From contig JAKBBU010000001.1 of the NCBI GenBank assembly GCA_021808365.1, positions 30,615-94,614 on the forward strand: a DNA stretch of 64,000 nt, written 5' to 3'. Both the position numbers and the translations under genes were made by a program. Below, one piece after another: positions 8,752 to 18,335 of the stretch (position 1 is the first letter of the stretch; every line of letters begins with the position of its first letter). This DNA is from Pseudomonadota bacterium (GTDB lineage Bacteria; Pseudomonadota; Gammaproteobacteria; JAKBBU01). A model generated the notes under the pieces. It was not told where the DNA came from, searched no databases, and saw only the letters and a program-made list of their open reading frames with translations.

Positions 8752-10302
8752 TTAACTAAAAATCAACTTAAACTTCTCTGCATATCGATCAATCGCCTCA
8801 CCATCCTGTTCAGGATGGATGAGGCCGATATGCCCATCAGGGCGAATTAAATAAAGCGCATTACGCAAAAATTTTGCGGTTTCACATGGCGTATTCCAGG
8901 GGAAAACATGAACGATCAAGCCTCGTTGAGCAGCGGCCTCAGAAAATCCCGGCTGCACCTCGCCATAGATATGAATTTGCCAACACAAACTTTCTAAAGA
9001 AACATAATTATCGTGAGGTTGTTGGATCCAAGGCAGACGATCCCCCGCTTGTACTAATTTACTTTTAGACTCGGTCGATCCTACACTTAATTGACTGTGA
9101 CGATAATGGATCCGCGTTTGTGACAGCATGCGAAAAGCAAAGTGACGAACAGCCGATAAACGCATTAATAAGGGCATGAATAATGGAATAACCACGCGCC
9201 GCCAAAGATGGCCGCGCCAAGAAAGATCCGTCATAAATTGAAACGCGCGATCGGTGCTTTTTACTAAAATTCGTGCAAAGGCTTGCCGTTCGGTTTCATA
9301 GGTTTCTAATAAGGTTTGATCAGCCTGCCCTTTCACGACAGCTGCTAATTTCCAAGCCAAATTCATCGCATCACCGATTCCCGTATTCATACCCTGCCCG
9401 CCTGCGGGACTGTGAATATGTGCCGCATCACCGAGCAGAAAAACGCGATCTTGCTGAAAATGTTTAGCAACGCGATGGTGAACATGGTACGTTGAAAACC
9501 AATTGACTTGCTCGATTTTAAAGCCTAAGCGCCCTTGTGCGATGGGCCGAACATCATCGAGAGAAAGATTGGCTTGTTCTTCTTTCGCAGGTGGAATGAT
9601 GCCAATTAATCGCTCTGTTCCATTTTGCCGTGCAGGTAGCACAGCACAAAAATCAGTACCTTCCAGACACAGATCCACATTGTCTGAATGTGTACTGCCT
9701 TCGGTTAAGACATCGGCCACATAAAATAATTGACGGTAAACATCACCCTCAAATTCCATGCTGATCGTATGGCGCGTGGTGCTGCCTGCACCATCACAAC
9801 CACACAGAAAAGGTGTTTGAACGGTTTCGAGGCCGTCTTTTTTTTCAAGCTGAGCTTCAACATAACCCTCTTTATTCTCCGCATGAATCAATTTTGTCTG
9901 GCGCTCAACCGTGATCCTTTTTTCCGATAATTGCTCGATCAATAATTCTTCATGTGCATCTTGTGGAAAACACAGCAGAAAGGGGAATGGACTGATCCCT
10001 TGGCCAACATTGCCGATCGGGATGGATGCAAGAATGTGCGATCCACGGTGTAATCGAACAGAGGCGACTTCAATGCCTCGCGCAATGGCTTTTTGTGCAA
10101 ATCCAAATTGCTTATAAAACTCCAGCGTGCGTGCATGAACGACCATGGCTCTGGAAGTTTGACTCGCAAAGGGATGTTGATCGATGATTCGGACAGGAAT
10201 GCCGTAATGCGTTAAAAAAAGCGCCAGTGTTAACCCCGTTGGTCCTGCACCGACGATTAGAATGGGGTGTTCATCCGTGTTTTTAATCATTGTATCTTCC
10301 AT
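8752..10302 (-). CDS. FAD-dependent aromatic-ring monooxygenase (phenol-hydroxylase/PcpB/MhpA-like) with a thioredoxin-like C-terminal dimerisation domain
   Basis: It has a GxGxxG FAD-binding N-terminus (ILIVGAGPTGLTLALFL), a DG motif and GDAAH. It is about 516 aa with a C-terminal extension typical of phenol 2-monooxygenase family proteins. Confidence 0.75.
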   Translation of the reverse strand: MEDTMIKNTDEHPILIVGAGPTGLTLALFLTHYGIPVRIIDQHPFASQTSRAMVVHARTLEFYKQFGFAQKAIARGIEVASVRLHRGSHILASIPIGNVGQGISPFPFLLCFPQDAHEELLIEQLSEKRITVERQTKLIHAENKEGYVEAQLEKKDGLETVQTPFLCGCDGAGSTTRHTISMEFEGDVYRQLFYVADVLTEGSTHSDNVDLCLEGTDFCAVLPARQNGTERLIGIIPPAKEEQANLSLDDVRPIAQGRLGFKIEQVNWFSTYHVHHRVAKHFQQDRVFLLGDAAHIHSPAGGQGMNTGIGDAMNLAWKLAAVVKGQADQTLLETYETERQAFARILVKSTDRAFQFMTDLSWRGHLWRRVVIPLFMPLLMRLSAVRHFAFRMLSQTRIHYRHSQLSVGSTESKSKLVQAGDRLPWIQQPHDNYVSLESLCWQIHIYGEVQPGFSEAAAQRGLIVHVFPWNTPCETAKFLRNALYLIRPDGHIGLIHPEQDGEAIDRYAEKFKLIFS

Positions 10303-10408
10303 GGTTTAGTATCTCGTCAGGTATAGTAAACTTCTTCAAAGTTGTCATCCTGAGCAAGCGTTAAAAAATTTCAGCATGCCTGACGAATGCGGGAATGATG
10401 AAACTTCA

Positions 10409-11236
10409 CTAACAAAAATGAATATGTTCATTCGCGCTGCCATCGGGTTTAAATCGAGGAGGAAATTCACCTAATTGACGTGCTTGTGCGAGGAGTCCAT
10501 CAATGTCGCTTTGAACAAAATCATAGAGCTGCTGATAGCTCTCAATTTCATAGTAAATCGGCTGAAGAATATCGATCCGATAAGGGGTACGAACGGCATT
10601 CAACGGATCAAACGGCCGACGCTCAGGAATATCGCTGGTTACAGAATAAACTGTTTCTGAAGGTGATGATAAAATCCCACCACCATAGGCGCGTGATCCT
10701 TTTTCTGTTTTGATCAAGCCAAATTCAACGGTAAACCAAAAAATACGTTGTAATAAGGGCCAATCTTTTTTATTGCGAGTCAAGACTTTTTGTGCATAGC
10801 CTGCGACAAAATCAGCGTAAGTAGGATCCATCAACATCGGCGCATGGCCAAATAATTCATGAAAAATATCGGGTTCTTGAACGTAATCCAATTCTTCCGG
10901 AATTCGAATGAACGTGGCTGCGGGGAATTGGCGATGCGCCAATAATTGAAAAAAATGTTCATGTGAAATGAGCGCGGGCACCGGAACCACTTCCCAAGCG
11001 GAGGCGGCTCGAAGTGCGCGTGAAACATCAGGTAGTTGAGGGACGGCATCGTGGGTCAGCCCTAGCTTTTCTAATCCTTCAAGATAAGTTGGGCAGGCGT
11101 GTGCTTTGACGATAGGTAGTTGGCGCTCATAGAGTGTTTTCCAGACAGCATTTTCGGTGTCGCTGTAGTTAATAAACCCTTGTTCATTGGGTTGGTGGGC
11201 TTTGTATTTGCTTTGAAATTCACAGTGTTCGTTCAT
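10409..11236 (-). CDS. phhA: Phenylalanine 4-hydroxylase (aromatic amino-acid hydroxylase)
   Basis: The catalytic-domain motifs match bacterial PhhA: PDxxHExxGHxP is present (EPDIFHELFGHAPML), which supplies the iron ligands. Confidence 0.85.
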   Translation of the reverse strand: MNEHCEFQSKYKAHQPNEQGFINYSDTENAVWKTLYERQLPIVKAHACPTYLEGLEKLGLTHDAVPQLPDVSRALRAASAWEVVPVPALISHEHFFQLLAHRQFPAATFIRIPEELDYVQEPDIFHELFGHAPMLMDPTYADFVAGYAQKVLTRNKKDWPLLQRIFWFTVEFGLIKTEKGSRAYGGGILSSPSETVYSVTSDIPERRPFDPLNAVRTPYRIDILQPIYYEIESYQQLYDFVQSDIDGLLAQARQLGEFPPRFKPDGSANEHIHFC

Positions 11237-11393
11237 GTTTGGCCTTTTATCAGTGCTGTTTTCAAGCGGGCACAGGGGCCCGTCCTTACTTTGATATCAT
11301 CCCATCTTAAGTCTAGGCAAACAATACTAATTTGCGAACTTCCTGATGTAAGGGATGAAATGACATGCTAACATTGAGTTATCCTCTTTAGAA

Positions 11394-11436
11394 TGTTGGG
11401 TTACGTTCAGCCTTCGGCTGCGCTAACCCAACCTAC
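11394..11436. repeat. Family-A repeat, single module (TGTTGGGTTACGTTCAGCCTTCGGCTGCGCTAACCCAACCTAC)
   Basis: Hairpin located 18 nt upstream of the acyl-CoA dehydrogenase start codon. Confidence 0.75.
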
Positions 11437-11454
11437 GCCTTAAGGAACTTAAGC

Positions 11455-12606
11455 ATGGAACTTGACTTCAATCTCGGTGAAACCCGCGACCTACTTCGTG
11501 AAACGGTTCGGCAATTCGCCCAGCAACACATTGCGCCACGGGCAGCAGATATTGATCGCACCAACGAATTTCCCCGTGATCTTTGGCCCCTGCTCGGGCA
11601 AATTGGCTTGTTGGGGATCACCGTTGAACCGGAATACGGTGGCGCAGGCATGGGTTATCTTGAACATGTTCTGGCCATGGAAGAAATCAGTCGAGCCTCG
11701 GCATCTGTCGGTTTGAGTTATGGTGCGCACTCCAATTTGTGTGTCAACCAAATCCGTCTGCGGGGCAGCGATGCGCAACGGCAAAAATATCTACCGAAAT
11801 TAATTTCTGGAGAGCATGTCGGTGCATTGGCTATCAGCGAACCTCAAGCGGGTTCTGATGTGGCGAGCATTTCCCTGTTTGCCGAAAAACGCGGTGATCA
11901 CTATCGCCTCAATGGCCGAAAAATGTGGATCACCAATGGGCCTGATGCTGATGTCTTGGTGGTCTATGCCAAGACACAAAAAGTAGCTTCATCCAAAAGT
12001 TTGTCGGCATTTATTATTGAGAAAAATTTCAAAGGATTTAAAAACGCTCAACATCTCGACAAACTGGGTATGCGAGGATCCAACACCTGTGAATTATTAT
12101 TTGATGACTGTGATGTGCCGGTTGAAAATTTAATTGGCACTGACGGCGGTGGTATGGGGATTTTAATGAGCGGCCTTGATTATGAGCGCGTGGTGCTCGC
12201 GGCTGGACCTGTAGGGATCATGCAAGCTTGCTTGGATCTCGTTCTGCCCTATGTGCGTGAACGCCGCCAATTTGGAAAACCCATTGGCGAATTTGAATTG
12301 ATTCAAGCTAAATTAGCGACGATGTATACTCAAATGAATGCTGCGCGATCTTACTTATATACTGTCGCACAAGCCTGTGATCGAAAAACAGCCACACGCA
12401 AAGATGCGGCTGCGGTGATTTTATTTACAGCTCAGTGGGCGACACAAATCGCACTCGATGCGATACAATGCCTGGGTGGCAATGGTTATATCAATGAATT
12501 TCCGGCTGGCCGTTATTTGCGGGATGCAAAATTATTTGAAATTGGTGCGGGTACGACAGAAATTCGGCAGATGTTGATTGGGCGGGAATTGTTTGAGGGT
12601 CGATAA
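11455..12606 (+). CDS. Isovaleryl-CoA dehydrogenase-like acyl-CoA dehydrogenase
   Basis: Full ACAD fold (N, middle and C domains). The N-terminus closely resembles isovaleryl-CoA dehydrogenase (…[25 protein letters not shown]…). Catalytic Glu lies near the C-terminus. Confidence 0.8.
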   Translation: MELDFNLGETRDLLRETVRQFAQQHIAPRAADIDRTNEFPRDLWPLLGQIGLLGITVEPEYGGAGMGYLEHVLAMEEISRASASVGLSYGAHSNLCVNQIRLRGSDAQRQKYLPKLISGEHVGALAISEPQAGSDVASISLFAEKRGDHYRLNGRKMWITNGPDADVLVVYAKTQKVASSKSLSAFIIEKNFKGFKNAQHLDKLGMRGSNTCELLFDDCDVPVENLIGTDGGGMGILMSGLDYERVVLAAGPVGIMQACLDLVLPYVRERRQFGKPIGEFELIQAKLATMYTQMNAARSYLYTVAQACDRKTATRKDAAAVILFTAQWATQIALDAIQCLGGNGYINEFPAGRYLRDAKLFEIGAGTTEIRQMLIGRELFEGR

Positions 12607-13794
12607 ATGAAAAATGATGCTAACGATATCGTCATCGTCGCGGCCACTCGTACCGCTATGGGTGGCTTATTGGGTGTTTTCAAAGACGTCACTGCAACAG
12701 CACTGGGCAGCCGAGCTATTGTTGGTGCGCTGGAGCAAACTTTTCTAAAACCCGAAGAGATGGATAGCGCCTTTTTGGGCTGTGTCTTACCTGCAGGCCT
12801 TGGACAAGCGCCTGCCCGGCAAGCGGCATTGGGCGCAAGTCTGCCCTACTCTACTTCAGCACTCACCGTGAATAAAATGTGTGGTTCAGGCATGGCTGCT
12901 GTGATGTTAGCTCACGATGCACTTCGGGTTGGAAGTGCCAACATAGCCATCGCGGGTGGGTTAGAAAGCATGACTCGCGCCCCTTATTTAATTCCCAAAG
13001 CACGTGGAGGATATCGGTTTGGCCATGCTCAAATATTTGATCATATGTTGCTCGATGGACTTGAAGATGCTTACGAAAAAGGCATTTCGATGGGTGTTTT
13101 TGCAGAACGTTGTGCCAGTGATTATGGTTTTTCACGCGAAGTTCAAGATGAGTTTGCTTTAAGATCGCTCATGCGTGCAAAAAAAGCAACGGATGATGGA
13201 ACATTTGCACGAGAAATCACGCCTTTTTTAATTCAATCCTCAGGGATAGAAACAAAAATTGATCAAGATGAAAATGTCTTGCGCGCACAGCCAGATAAAA
13301 TTCCACATCTAAAACCTGCCTTCAAACCCGATGGCACGATCACGGCGGCTAATTCAAGCTCGATTTCAGATGGCGCTGCGGCATTAATTTTGATGCGCCG
13401 GGGCGATGCGGAACAACGCCAACTTAAAATTTTAGCCCGCATTGTCGGCCATACGACGCATGGCGAAAAACCGGATAAATTTCCAATTGCACCCATTGGT
13501 GCGATCAAAAAATTGTATGAAAAAACAGGTTGGGATCCGAAAAGTGTCGATCTCTACGAAATTAATGAAGCATTTGCAGTGGTCACTTTGGCGGCAATGA
13601 ACGATCTTAAACTGGGTGCTGATCAAGTGAATATTCATGGCGGCGCTTGTGTACTGGGTCATCCCATTGGTGCTTCGGGTGCTCGTATTTTAGTCACTTT
13701 ATTGAACGCTCTTCATACGCACAAACTCAAACGCGGCATTGCAAGTTTGTGTATCGGCGGTGGTGAGGCGACGGCGATGGGGATTGAAATATAA
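12607..13794 (+). CDS. Acetyl-CoA C-acyltransferase (thiolase)
   Basis: Thiolase active-site Cys motif NKMCGSGM; C-terminal Cys in CIGGGEATAM. Translationally coupled to the upstream ACAD, whose stop overlaps this ATG. Confidence 0.85.
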   Translation: MKNDANDIVIVAATRTAMGGLLGVFKDVTATALGSRAIVGALEQTFLKPEEMDSAFLGCVLPAGLGQAPARQAALGASLPYSTSALTVNKMCGSGMAAVMLAHDALRVGSANIAIAGGLESMTRAPYLIPKARGGYRFGHAQIFDHMLLDGLEDAYEKGISMGVFAERCASDYGFSREVQDEFALRSLMRAKKATDDGTFAREITPFLIQSSGIETKIDQDENVLRAQPDKIPHLKPAFKPDGTITAANSSSISDGAAALILMRRGDAEQRQLKILARIVGHTTHGEKPDKFPIAPIGAIKKLYEKTGWDPKSVDLYEINEAFAVVTLAAMNDLKLGADQVNIHGGACVLGHPIGASGARILVTLLNALHTHKLKRGIASLCIGGGEATAMGIEI

Positions 13795-13798
13795 ACGT

Positions 13799-13908
13799 GT
13801 AGGTTGGGTTAGTGCAGCCGTTAGGCTGAGCGTAACCCAACAAAAACGCTGCAAAAGAAGGAAATGTTGGGTTACGTCCAGCCTAACGGCTGTTCTAACC
13901 CAACCTAC
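13799..13908. repeat. Family-A repeat, full two-module copy
   Basis: GTAGGTTGGGTTAGTGCAGCCGTTAGGCTGAGCGTAACCCAACA...TGTTGGGTTACGTCCAGCCTAACGGCTGTTCTAACCCAACCTAC. It starts 5 nt after the thiolase stop. Confidence 0.8.
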
Positions 13909-14017
13909 ATTTTTTGACAGTTCATCTAACCTCACAATCACTTCAGTAAATTTGCCATTGAATCTTTTGCATAATTCTGATAACTTCCAAAGGTTGTTAA
14001 CCATCGCCGGACTTTGT

Positions 14018-15058
14018 ATGTCGAAACAAGTAAAAGCCATCGTCGTCTTTGTGCTCTTCGCGCTTCTGCTCATCATCTTGGTCTTCTGGGTCCAGATGCG
14101 CGCAGCAGAAAAAGAAAAAGCAAAGAAACAAATTCCGCCTGCCATCGTCATCACACAACCTGCAAAAACCGAATATTGGCAAAGCAAAGTACAAGCCGTG
14201 GGTACCCTCATGGCCATCCAAGGTGTCACCATCAAATCAACCGTTAATGGCGTCATCACAGGCATTTTTTTTAGATCCGGCCAAAATGTCAAAGCAGGCC
14301 AACCCCTCTTCCAAATTAATCCAGGTGTTGATCGTAACCTTGTCCGCGCCCCGTTTGATGGTCAACTTGGGCTCAAAGAGGTGGATATGGGATCCTATGT
14401 TCGCCCCGGTCTTAAACTGGTTGATATTGAAGATATCAACCCGATGAAGGTACAGTTTTTCGTACCACAAACCTATGTTGGTGGATTATCTCTCGGTCAA
14501 ACGATCACCTTCACTGTGGATGCCTACCCCAATAAAACCTTCACAGGTAAAATTTTCGCCATCGATTCCCAGTTAGATACGGATACCCGTGGACTTGCTG
14601 TTTGGGCGAGCGTTCCTAATATAGACAATGAATTGGTTCCTGGTACCTATGCCAAAGTCACACTCTACACCAGCACTGAAAAACCCGTCGTGGTCGTTCC
14701 TCAAACAGCGATTGGTTATTCGTTTACGGGTAATTTTGTTTACCTTGATGTGAATGGCAAAGCCAAACAAGTACCGATCACCCTCGGTGAGCGTCGAGGA
14801 GATGACATGTCGATCACGAGCGGATTAAAAGCCGGTGATGTGGTTATTGTTGTTGGAACAGGCATGCAAAAATTTGATAATGGGTTCACCCTCTTACCTG
14901 AAGGAACGCCGCAATACCAGCAATTCATTGGTGCAATGAACCAACTCGTCAGCGGTAAAATGACGATGGACCAATTAAAAGCGAAACAAGCGGCAGCAGC
15001 GAAAAAACAACCGCCTGCGATTACACAACCTGCAAGCACAAGTGGCACTACAAAATAA
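14018..15058 (+). CDS. RND efflux periplasmic adaptor (membrane fusion protein), copy 1
   Basis: N-terminal membrane anchor (IVVFVLFALLLIILVFWV), biotinyl/lipoyl-like hairpin motif TGIFFRSGQNVKAGQPLFQINPG, and an Ala/Gln-rich C-terminal tail. The start is placed at the internal ATG after the family-A repeat, because the six-frame ORF reads through the repeat. Confidence 0.8.
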   Translation: MSKQVKAIVVFVLFALLLIILVFWVQMRAAEKEKAKKQIPPAIVITQPAKTEYWQSKVQAVGTLMAIQGVTIKSTVNGVITGIFFRSGQNVKAGQPLFQINPGVDRNLVRAPFDGQLGLKEVDMGSYVRPGLKLVDIEDINPMKVQFFVPQTYVGGLSLGQTITFTVDAYPNKTFTGKIFAIDSQLDTDTRGLAVWASVPNIDNELVPGTYAKVTLYTSTEKPVVVVPQTAIGYSFTGNFVYLDVNGKAKQVPITLGERRGDDMSITSGLKAGDVVIVVGTGMQKFDNGFTLLPEGTPQYQQFIGAMNQLVSGKMTMDQLKAKQAAAAKKQPPAITQPASTSGTTK

Positions 15059-15091
15059 AATTGAGCCCTTAATGAATTTACGGAGTTAGGC

Positions 15092-18000
15092 ATGCATTTT
15101 ACAGACATCTTTATTAAACGCCCCGTTTTTGCGAGTGCACTCAGCTTGATGATCTTCCTCATCGGTACTGTGGCGATGTTTAGCATGCCTGTGCAGCAAT
15201 TTCCGAATATTCAATCCAGTAATATTTCTGTGACCACGAACTACCCTGGTGCAAGCCCTGATTTAATGGCGGGTTTTATTACCACACCGATTGAAAATGC
15301 CATGTCGGGTATCGACAATATTGATTATATGTACAGTACCTCGAGTGAGGGCCAGAGCGTCTTGAATATTGTCCTTGATGTGGGTGCTGATCCGGACGTT
15401 GCACTAACCAATGTGCAATCGAAAGTGACACAGGTTCAATACCAATTCCCTGCGGCTGCGCAAAATCCGATGATCGCAAAAAGCAATGCCACAAGTAATC
15501 CAACCGTGTTTATTGCGTTCCAAAGCGATACCATGACACAGGAACAAATCACTGACTATCTGTTGCGTGTGGTGCAACCCCAAATCCAAACGCTGAGCGG
15601 CGTGAGTCAGGCTCCTATTTTTGGTGAGCGTGAATATGCCATGCGTTTGAATATGGATCCCGGCTTGATGGCGGCCCATAACATCACACCCAATGATGTC
15701 TTTAACGCGATGAATCAACAAAACGTTCAGGCGGCTGCCGGTACCATTGAAAATCAAACTCAAGCCTTTAACGTCTACGCGAGCACGGACATCAATAACG
15801 AAGATCAATTTAACAATATGATCATCGCGAAAAACAATAACACGTTTATTCACATGCGCGATGTGGGTCAAGCCCTCTTAGCTGCGCAAAGTTATAGCAC
15901 GTACGGTAATGTGGATGGAAAACCGACGATTACCATTGGCGTGATCCCAACGGCTACGGCGAACCCTCTTGCGGTTTCAAAGGAGGTTGAAGCGCTTCTT
16001 CCTGTCTTGAAAAAAGAAATGCCTACGACACTCAATGCGAGCATTACTTATGATAGCTCGATTTTTATCCAAGTCGCATTAGATGAAGTCGTCAAAACGA
16101 TTATTGAAGCTGTGATCTTTGTGATCGCCATTATGATGCTCTTCCTAGGATCCATGCGTGCCGTGATGATCCCCTTGGTTACGATTCCACTTTCGATTGT
16201 CGGTGTTTGCGGTGTCATGTTGGCGCTGGGTTATAGTATCAACACAATCACCCTCCTCGCCTTCGTATTAGCTGTTGGACTCGTGGTGGATGATGCGATC
16301 GTCGTGGTTGAAAATGTGTTCCGTCATATAGAAGAAGGCTCAACGCCTTATCAAGCAGCTCTCGTGGGTACGCGAGAAATTGGTTTTGCTGTCATCGCGA
16401 TGACATTCACCTTGGCTGCAGTGTATGCGCCGATTGGTTTCTCAGCGGGGTTGACCGGTATTTTATTTCAGGAATTTGCATTCACGCTCTCTGCTGCTGT
16501 GATCGTTTCAGGTTTTATTGCCTTAACTTTGTCACCGATGATGTGTTCCAAACTTCTCAAACAAGAATCATCCAAGTTTACGAAATATGTCGATCACCAA
16601 TTTGAAAAAATCAAAGTACGTTACGATAAATTAATTCATGCAGTCATTGCAGACTATCGCCCCTATATCGTTGCGGGTGCCACCGTTATTTTATTCTTAG
16701 GTGCTTATTTATTTACTCATATTTCCAGCGAATTAGCACCTACAGAAGATCAGGGTGTGATCTTAACCTATGATGAAAACCCATCACAGGCAAGTATCCC
16801 TTATATCATTAAATATACGAATCAAATGCAAAGCATCTATGAGAGCGTTCCTGAAATGGCGCATTACATCCTCGTGGTTGGTTTCCCCACTAATGCAGGT
16901 ATTACTGTTTTGAGTTTGAAAGATTGGAATGTCCGCAAACGAACCGCCATGGATATTGCCTCTGATTTAGCAGGACGTCTCTGGGCTATTCCAGGTCTTA
17001 AAATCTTCGGCTTCCCACCCATGCCTCTTCCAGGTGCAAGCTTTATGCCGATTCAATTTATTTTGAAAACTTCGGGCACAAATACGACGGAACGTCTCTA
17101 TGCAGCTGGTTTGAAATTGCAAGCGGCGGCAGAAAAATATCCAGGGTTTCAGCATGTCGATCTCGATATGAAACTCAATATGCCTCAAGTGAATGTCAAT
17201 GTGGATCGTAACAAAGCTGCTGATTTGGGGATCCCCATGCAAAATATTGCTGCGGCCCTGGCTAGTTTGTATGGAACACCGGAGCAAAATCAATTTTCGA
17301 TGGATCAACGCAGCTATTGGGTGATCCCTGAATTAGGCAGTAATTTTGATTATCAAAGTAATCCAGAAGATTTGATGAATATTTATCTGCGCGGTAGCAG
17401 CGGCAAACTTATTGCCATGTCTAATGTTGTCGGCTTAACAGAGTCCGTAGTACCTTTGAGTATTAACCATTTCCAACAATTACCCTCAATCACGCTCAAT
17501 GGAACATTAGCCGCGGGTTATACCATGGGTGAGGATCTCACCTACCTTAACAAATTTGTGGCAGAACATTTGCCTCATAATTTGATGGTTGACTATGAAG
17601 GAACATCACGGCAGTACTACCAATCTGCGGCGGCGATGGAACAAGCCTTTATCTTTGCAATCTTGTTTATTTTCCTCGTGTTGGCCGCACAATTTGAAAG
17701 CTATCGTGATCCTTTAATCGTGATGACAACCGTTCCTCTTTCATTAACGGGTGCTTTATTCACACTTATGATGGCCGGTGGTTCGATCAACATTTATAGT
17801 GAAATTGGTTTAATTACCTTAGTGGGTTTGATCAGTAAACACGGTATTTTGATCGTAGAATTTGCGAATCAAATTCAGGAGCATACTGGCAAGAGCATAA
17901 AAGAGGCAGTTATCGAATCCGCAGGTATGCGTCTTCGTCCCATTTTAATGACAACGGGTGCGATGGTATTAGCGGCCTTTCCTCTGGCGCTGGCAACGGG

Positions 18001-18151
18001 AGCAAGCTCCGTTTCACGTAATGATTTAGGCTGGGTTATTTTTGGCGGTATGATGTTGGGAACTTGTTTCTCACTCTTGGTTGTTCCTACCGTCTATACC
18101 TTGCTGGCCAGTGTGAAAGTAAAACCGCAAGATGCGGATGAATTGCATTAG
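15092..18151 (+). CDS. RND-family multidrug efflux permease (AcrB/AcrD/MexB-like)
   Basis: 1019 aa with 12 predicted transmembrane segments and two large periplasmic loops. Conserved RND motifs are present (…GLVVDDAIVVVENV…). Confidence 0.9.
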   Translation: MHFTDIFIKRPVFASALSLMIFLIGTVAMFSMPVQQFPNIQSSNISVTTNYPGASPDLMAGFITTPIENAMSGIDNIDYMYSTSSEGQSVLNIVLDVGADPDVALTNVQSKVTQVQYQFPAAAQNPMIAKSNATSNPTVFIAFQSDTMTQEQITDYLLRVVQPQIQTLSGVSQAPIFGEREYAMRLNMDPGLMAAHNITPNDVFNAMNQQNVQAAAGTIENQTQAFNVYASTDINNEDQFNNMIIAKNNNTFIHMRDVGQALLAAQSYSTYGNVDGKPTITIGVIPTATANPLAVSKEVEALLPVLKKEMPTTLNASITYDSSIFIQVALDEVVKTIIEAVIFVIAIMMLFLGSMRAVMIPLVTIPLSIVGVCGVMLALGYSINTITLLAFVLAVGLVVDDAIVVVENVFRHIEEGSTPYQAALVGTREIGFAVIAMTFTLAAVYAPIGFSAGLTGILFQEFAFTLSAAVIVSGFIALTLSPMMCSKLLKQESSKFTKYVDHQFEKIKVRYDKLIHAVIADYRPYIVAGATVILFLGAYLFTHISSELAPTEDQGVILTYDENPSQASIPYIIKYTNQMQSIYESVPEMAHYILVVGFPTNAGITVLSLKDWNVRKRTAMDIASDLAGRLWAIPGLKIFGFPPMPLPGASFMPIQFILKTSGTNTTERLYAAGLKLQAAAEKYPGFQHVDLDMKLNMPQVNVNVDRNKAADLGIPMQNIAAALASLYGTPEQNQFSMDQRSYWVIPELGSNFDYQSNPEDLMNIYLRGSSGKLIAMSNVVGLTESVVPLSINHFQQLPSITLNGTLAAGYTMGEDLTYLNKFVAEHLPHNLMVDYEGTSRQYYQSAAAMEQAFIFAILFIFLVLAAQFESYRDPLIVMTTVPLSLTGALFTLMMAGGSINIYSEIGLITLVGLISKHGILIVEFANQIQEHTGKSIKEAVIESAGMRLRPILMTTGAMVLAAFPLALATGASSVSRNDLGWVIFGGMMLGTCFSLLVVPTVYTLLASVKVKPQDADELH

Positions 18152-18163
18152 GTTTTTTTGAAC

Positions 18164-18239
18164 AGAGACTTCGTCACAAGGAAGAGTGCACCAATGCCAC
18201 AACACGCATTGGTGCACTCTTCCTTGTGACGAAGTCTCT
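18164..18239. repeat. Family-D hairpin repeat (AGAGACTTCGTCACAAGGAAGAGTGCACCAATGCCACAACACGCATTGGTGCACTCTTCCTTGTGACGAAGTCTCT)
   Basis: Perfect 33-bp-arm inverted repeat starting 13 nt after the RND gene stop. Same core as 2081-2130 and 38141-38224. Confidence 0.8.
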
Positions 18240-18246
18240 AACCTAA

Positions 18247-18311
18247 GCTGAGTTATGAAAAGCTTTACGTATTAGCCCAAGCTTACTCTAGAAAAGCTTT
18301 TCATAACTCAG
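18247..18311. repeat. Second perfect palindrome (CTGAGTTATGAAAAGCTTT...AAAGCTTTTCATAACTCAG)
   Basis: Perfect 19-bp-arm inverted repeat immediately following the family-D copy and upstream of the second adaptor gene. Confidence 0.7.
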
Positions 18312-18335
18312 GTTAATCTAAATTGAGAAAGAAAG

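Noticed and set aside
13699-15186. Long antisense or overlapping ORFs (13699-14292 minus, 14740-15186 minus) and the N-terminal extension of the 13739-15058 ORF
   Set aside because: They overlap well-supported genes (thiolase, MFP) or read straight through the family-A palindromic repeat. They show no protein motifs and are consistent with chance ORFs in GC-moderate DNA.
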